50,791 nucleotides of DNA from positions 34,850,417-34,901,207 of the forward strand of contig NC_068989.1 in the NCBI RefSeq assembly GCF_001194135.2, in the 5' to 3' direction. Under the pieces are notes generated by a model that searched no databases, was not told the origin of the DNA, and saw nothing but the letters and a program-made list of their open reading frames with translations. The first letter of the stretch is position 1. Every line of letters begins with the position of its first letter. This document shows positions 48,820 through 50,791 of this stretch, in pieces. Both the position numbers and the translations under genes were made by a program. Origin of the DNA: Octopus bimaculoides (Eukaryota).

Positions 48820-49246
48820 AGGGTGCAGGCATGACTGTGTGGTGAGAAGTTTGCTTCTCAACCACATAGGTTTGGGTTCAGTTGTACTGCATGACCTTTT
48901 GGGCAAGTGTTTTCTGCTATTGCTCTGGATCAACTAAAACCTTGTGAGTGGATTTGGTAGACAAATATTGAGAGAAGCCTGTCATATATGCTAGTGTGTG
49001 TGTTACTGTCTCCCTTCCTTGACATTGCTTCATATTTGTAAGCAAGTTTCACCCTCATGCAAGTGGTGTCCTTCATTTCCAATATTCTGAGACATGTCTA
49101 GTTATGGGAAAACATTAGCTTGTTTGGAAACAGGTAAGGGTTGGTGATAGGAAGGGCATTCAGCCATAAAAATTCTGCCTCAAGAAAATTCCATCTGACC
49201 CATGCAGGTGTGGAAAAGTGAATGTTAAAATAATGGTGATGATGAT
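48820..49246 (+). mobile_element. Full-length degenerate SINE with RTE-type (gat)n tail
   Basis: tRNA-like head, shared core, TG tract and RTE 3' end. Confidence 0.8.
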
Positions 49247-50791
49247 GGAAGCATTGAGCTGGAACTGGCATTTTTCCTAGCTTTACCTTCTGAGTTCAAA
49301 TTCCTCTGAGGTTGACTTTGCCTTTCATCTTTTCGGAGAAGATAACATAAGTACCAGTCAAGCACTGGAGTTGATGTAATTGACTAGCACCTCCCCCCCC
49401 CAAAATGTTCAGGCTTTGTGCCTATAGTAGAAAGGATTATTGGTTGTATTAATTGAATTGCATTACAAAAGGCCCCTATTGTACATCATATCTATAATTA
49501 ATTTTTTTATAAATATAAAAGTAGAATTATTTACTACTTGTAGATATTTTGCTTTTCTTTTTGACTTGTTAAAGAGAGAATTGCATTTGCATGTTTGACA
49601 TTTTACAATGAGAACTGCATATGTATGAAACACTTTGATGTTGACTGGAAGGGGAAAAGATGTGAATTTGGATAAAGATAGGGAGTAGTTGTTGCTGTGA
49701 ATGAGAGTATGTTTCTGAGAGAAACTGACAAGTGGAGAGACATTGAAAATGGACCATAAAAGCCAAATTTTTTTGAAAACCTTAAATTGGAATTAAACTG
49801 GATTTTAAAGAATTTGGTATTAATTCAAGATAAATCAAAAAGAAAAAAATATTGCCTGTGTTAAATTTACAGAGACATATTTATTAATTCTGTTTTACTC
49901 CATTAAAAAATAGAGAGATTATAGTAAGGACATGTATGAATTTACAGGAGATTTTTATCACGACTAAAGAATGCCTATCGCCTTATAAATTGAATCTTCA
50001 TGTAAATTTTACTAAGATATAAAAAAAAAAAAAATCTAGTGAGACTGAAGGCAAATTAGTAGCTGTAAGTATTTAACCTTTCTTCTTCTTTATACATCCA
50101 GTAGTGAGGGCACATGGCTTAGTGGTTAGGGTATTTGGTTTATGATTGTAAGGCCATCAGTTCAATTCCTGGCTACACAAAACACTTTATTTCACATTGC
50201 TTCAGTCCACTCAACTGGCAAAAATGCATAGTACCTGTATTTCAAAGGGCTTGCCTTGTCACATTCTGTGTCATGCTGAATCTCTCTGAGGACTATGTTA
50301 AGAGTACATGTGTCTGTGGAGTGCTCAGCCACAAGCATGCTGTTCTGTTGATTGGATCAACTGGAACCCTCTTCATCATAACTGACGGAGTGCTAGTATA
50401 CACCTTATATCTATGTTTCAATTCAGTATATATATTTGATGATGACCTCAGATTATATTCAACATTCATCCACCTTAATACATAACAATTGTGAGATCCT
50501 AACTGAGATTTGCACTATAGTTTTCAGATTTTCCCGGTCAAGAGTCATTACCTAATATATGTTTTATACAAAGAAGAGTCACCATAAAAGTTATTAATGC
50601 CTGTGTGAATATGGTTTGGCCAATCAGCACTGGGTTACTTATTTATGGCTGGTGTAACTTTGCTCTAAGTTGAATTTTCTCACCTTTAAATAACTGTTGA
50701 CCCAGAAGGTTCTAGAATCCATTTGGTGGGAAAACATTGCATACTTCCTAGGAGCTACACCCAGTCTGTATATATATATATATATATATAT

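Noticed and set aside
1-50791. CRISPR arrays, rRNA or prokaryotic systems
   Set aside because: No regularly spaced repeat-spacer arrays, rRNA motifs or operon-like gene density; the sequence is eukaryotic.

Overview
AT-rich, repeat-dense eukaryotic genomic DNA with nine N gaps. The repeat families (tRNA-headed SINEs, RTE LINEs with (gat)n tails) resemble those of Octopus, so the source is probably an octopod; this is inferred from family resemblance only. One host gene is supported on the + strand: a CREB3/CREB3L-family (Luman/CREBH-like) bZIP factor. Three phase-compatible coding exons are visible (17134-17241, 43296-43788, 48498-48673), separated by 26 kb and 4.7 kb introns. The bZIP and transmembrane exons are not in the window. 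Upstream of exon 1 is a CpG-richer region with a UPRE/CRE-type TGACGTGG site. The rest is mobile DNA: many SINEs, a near full-length degenerate RTE LINE, and CR1-like, Gypsy, mariner, hAT, Helitron and MITE remnants. The most unusual signal is two unrelated intronic fold-back elements (22619-22824 and 45714-46345). Each arm carries a type I hammerhead-ribozyme-like core pointing outward. In the larger element a tRNA-like Pol III promoter lies upstream of an intact minimal Penelope-type hammerhead. Most long ORFs in the supplied track are gap or microsatellite artefacts.
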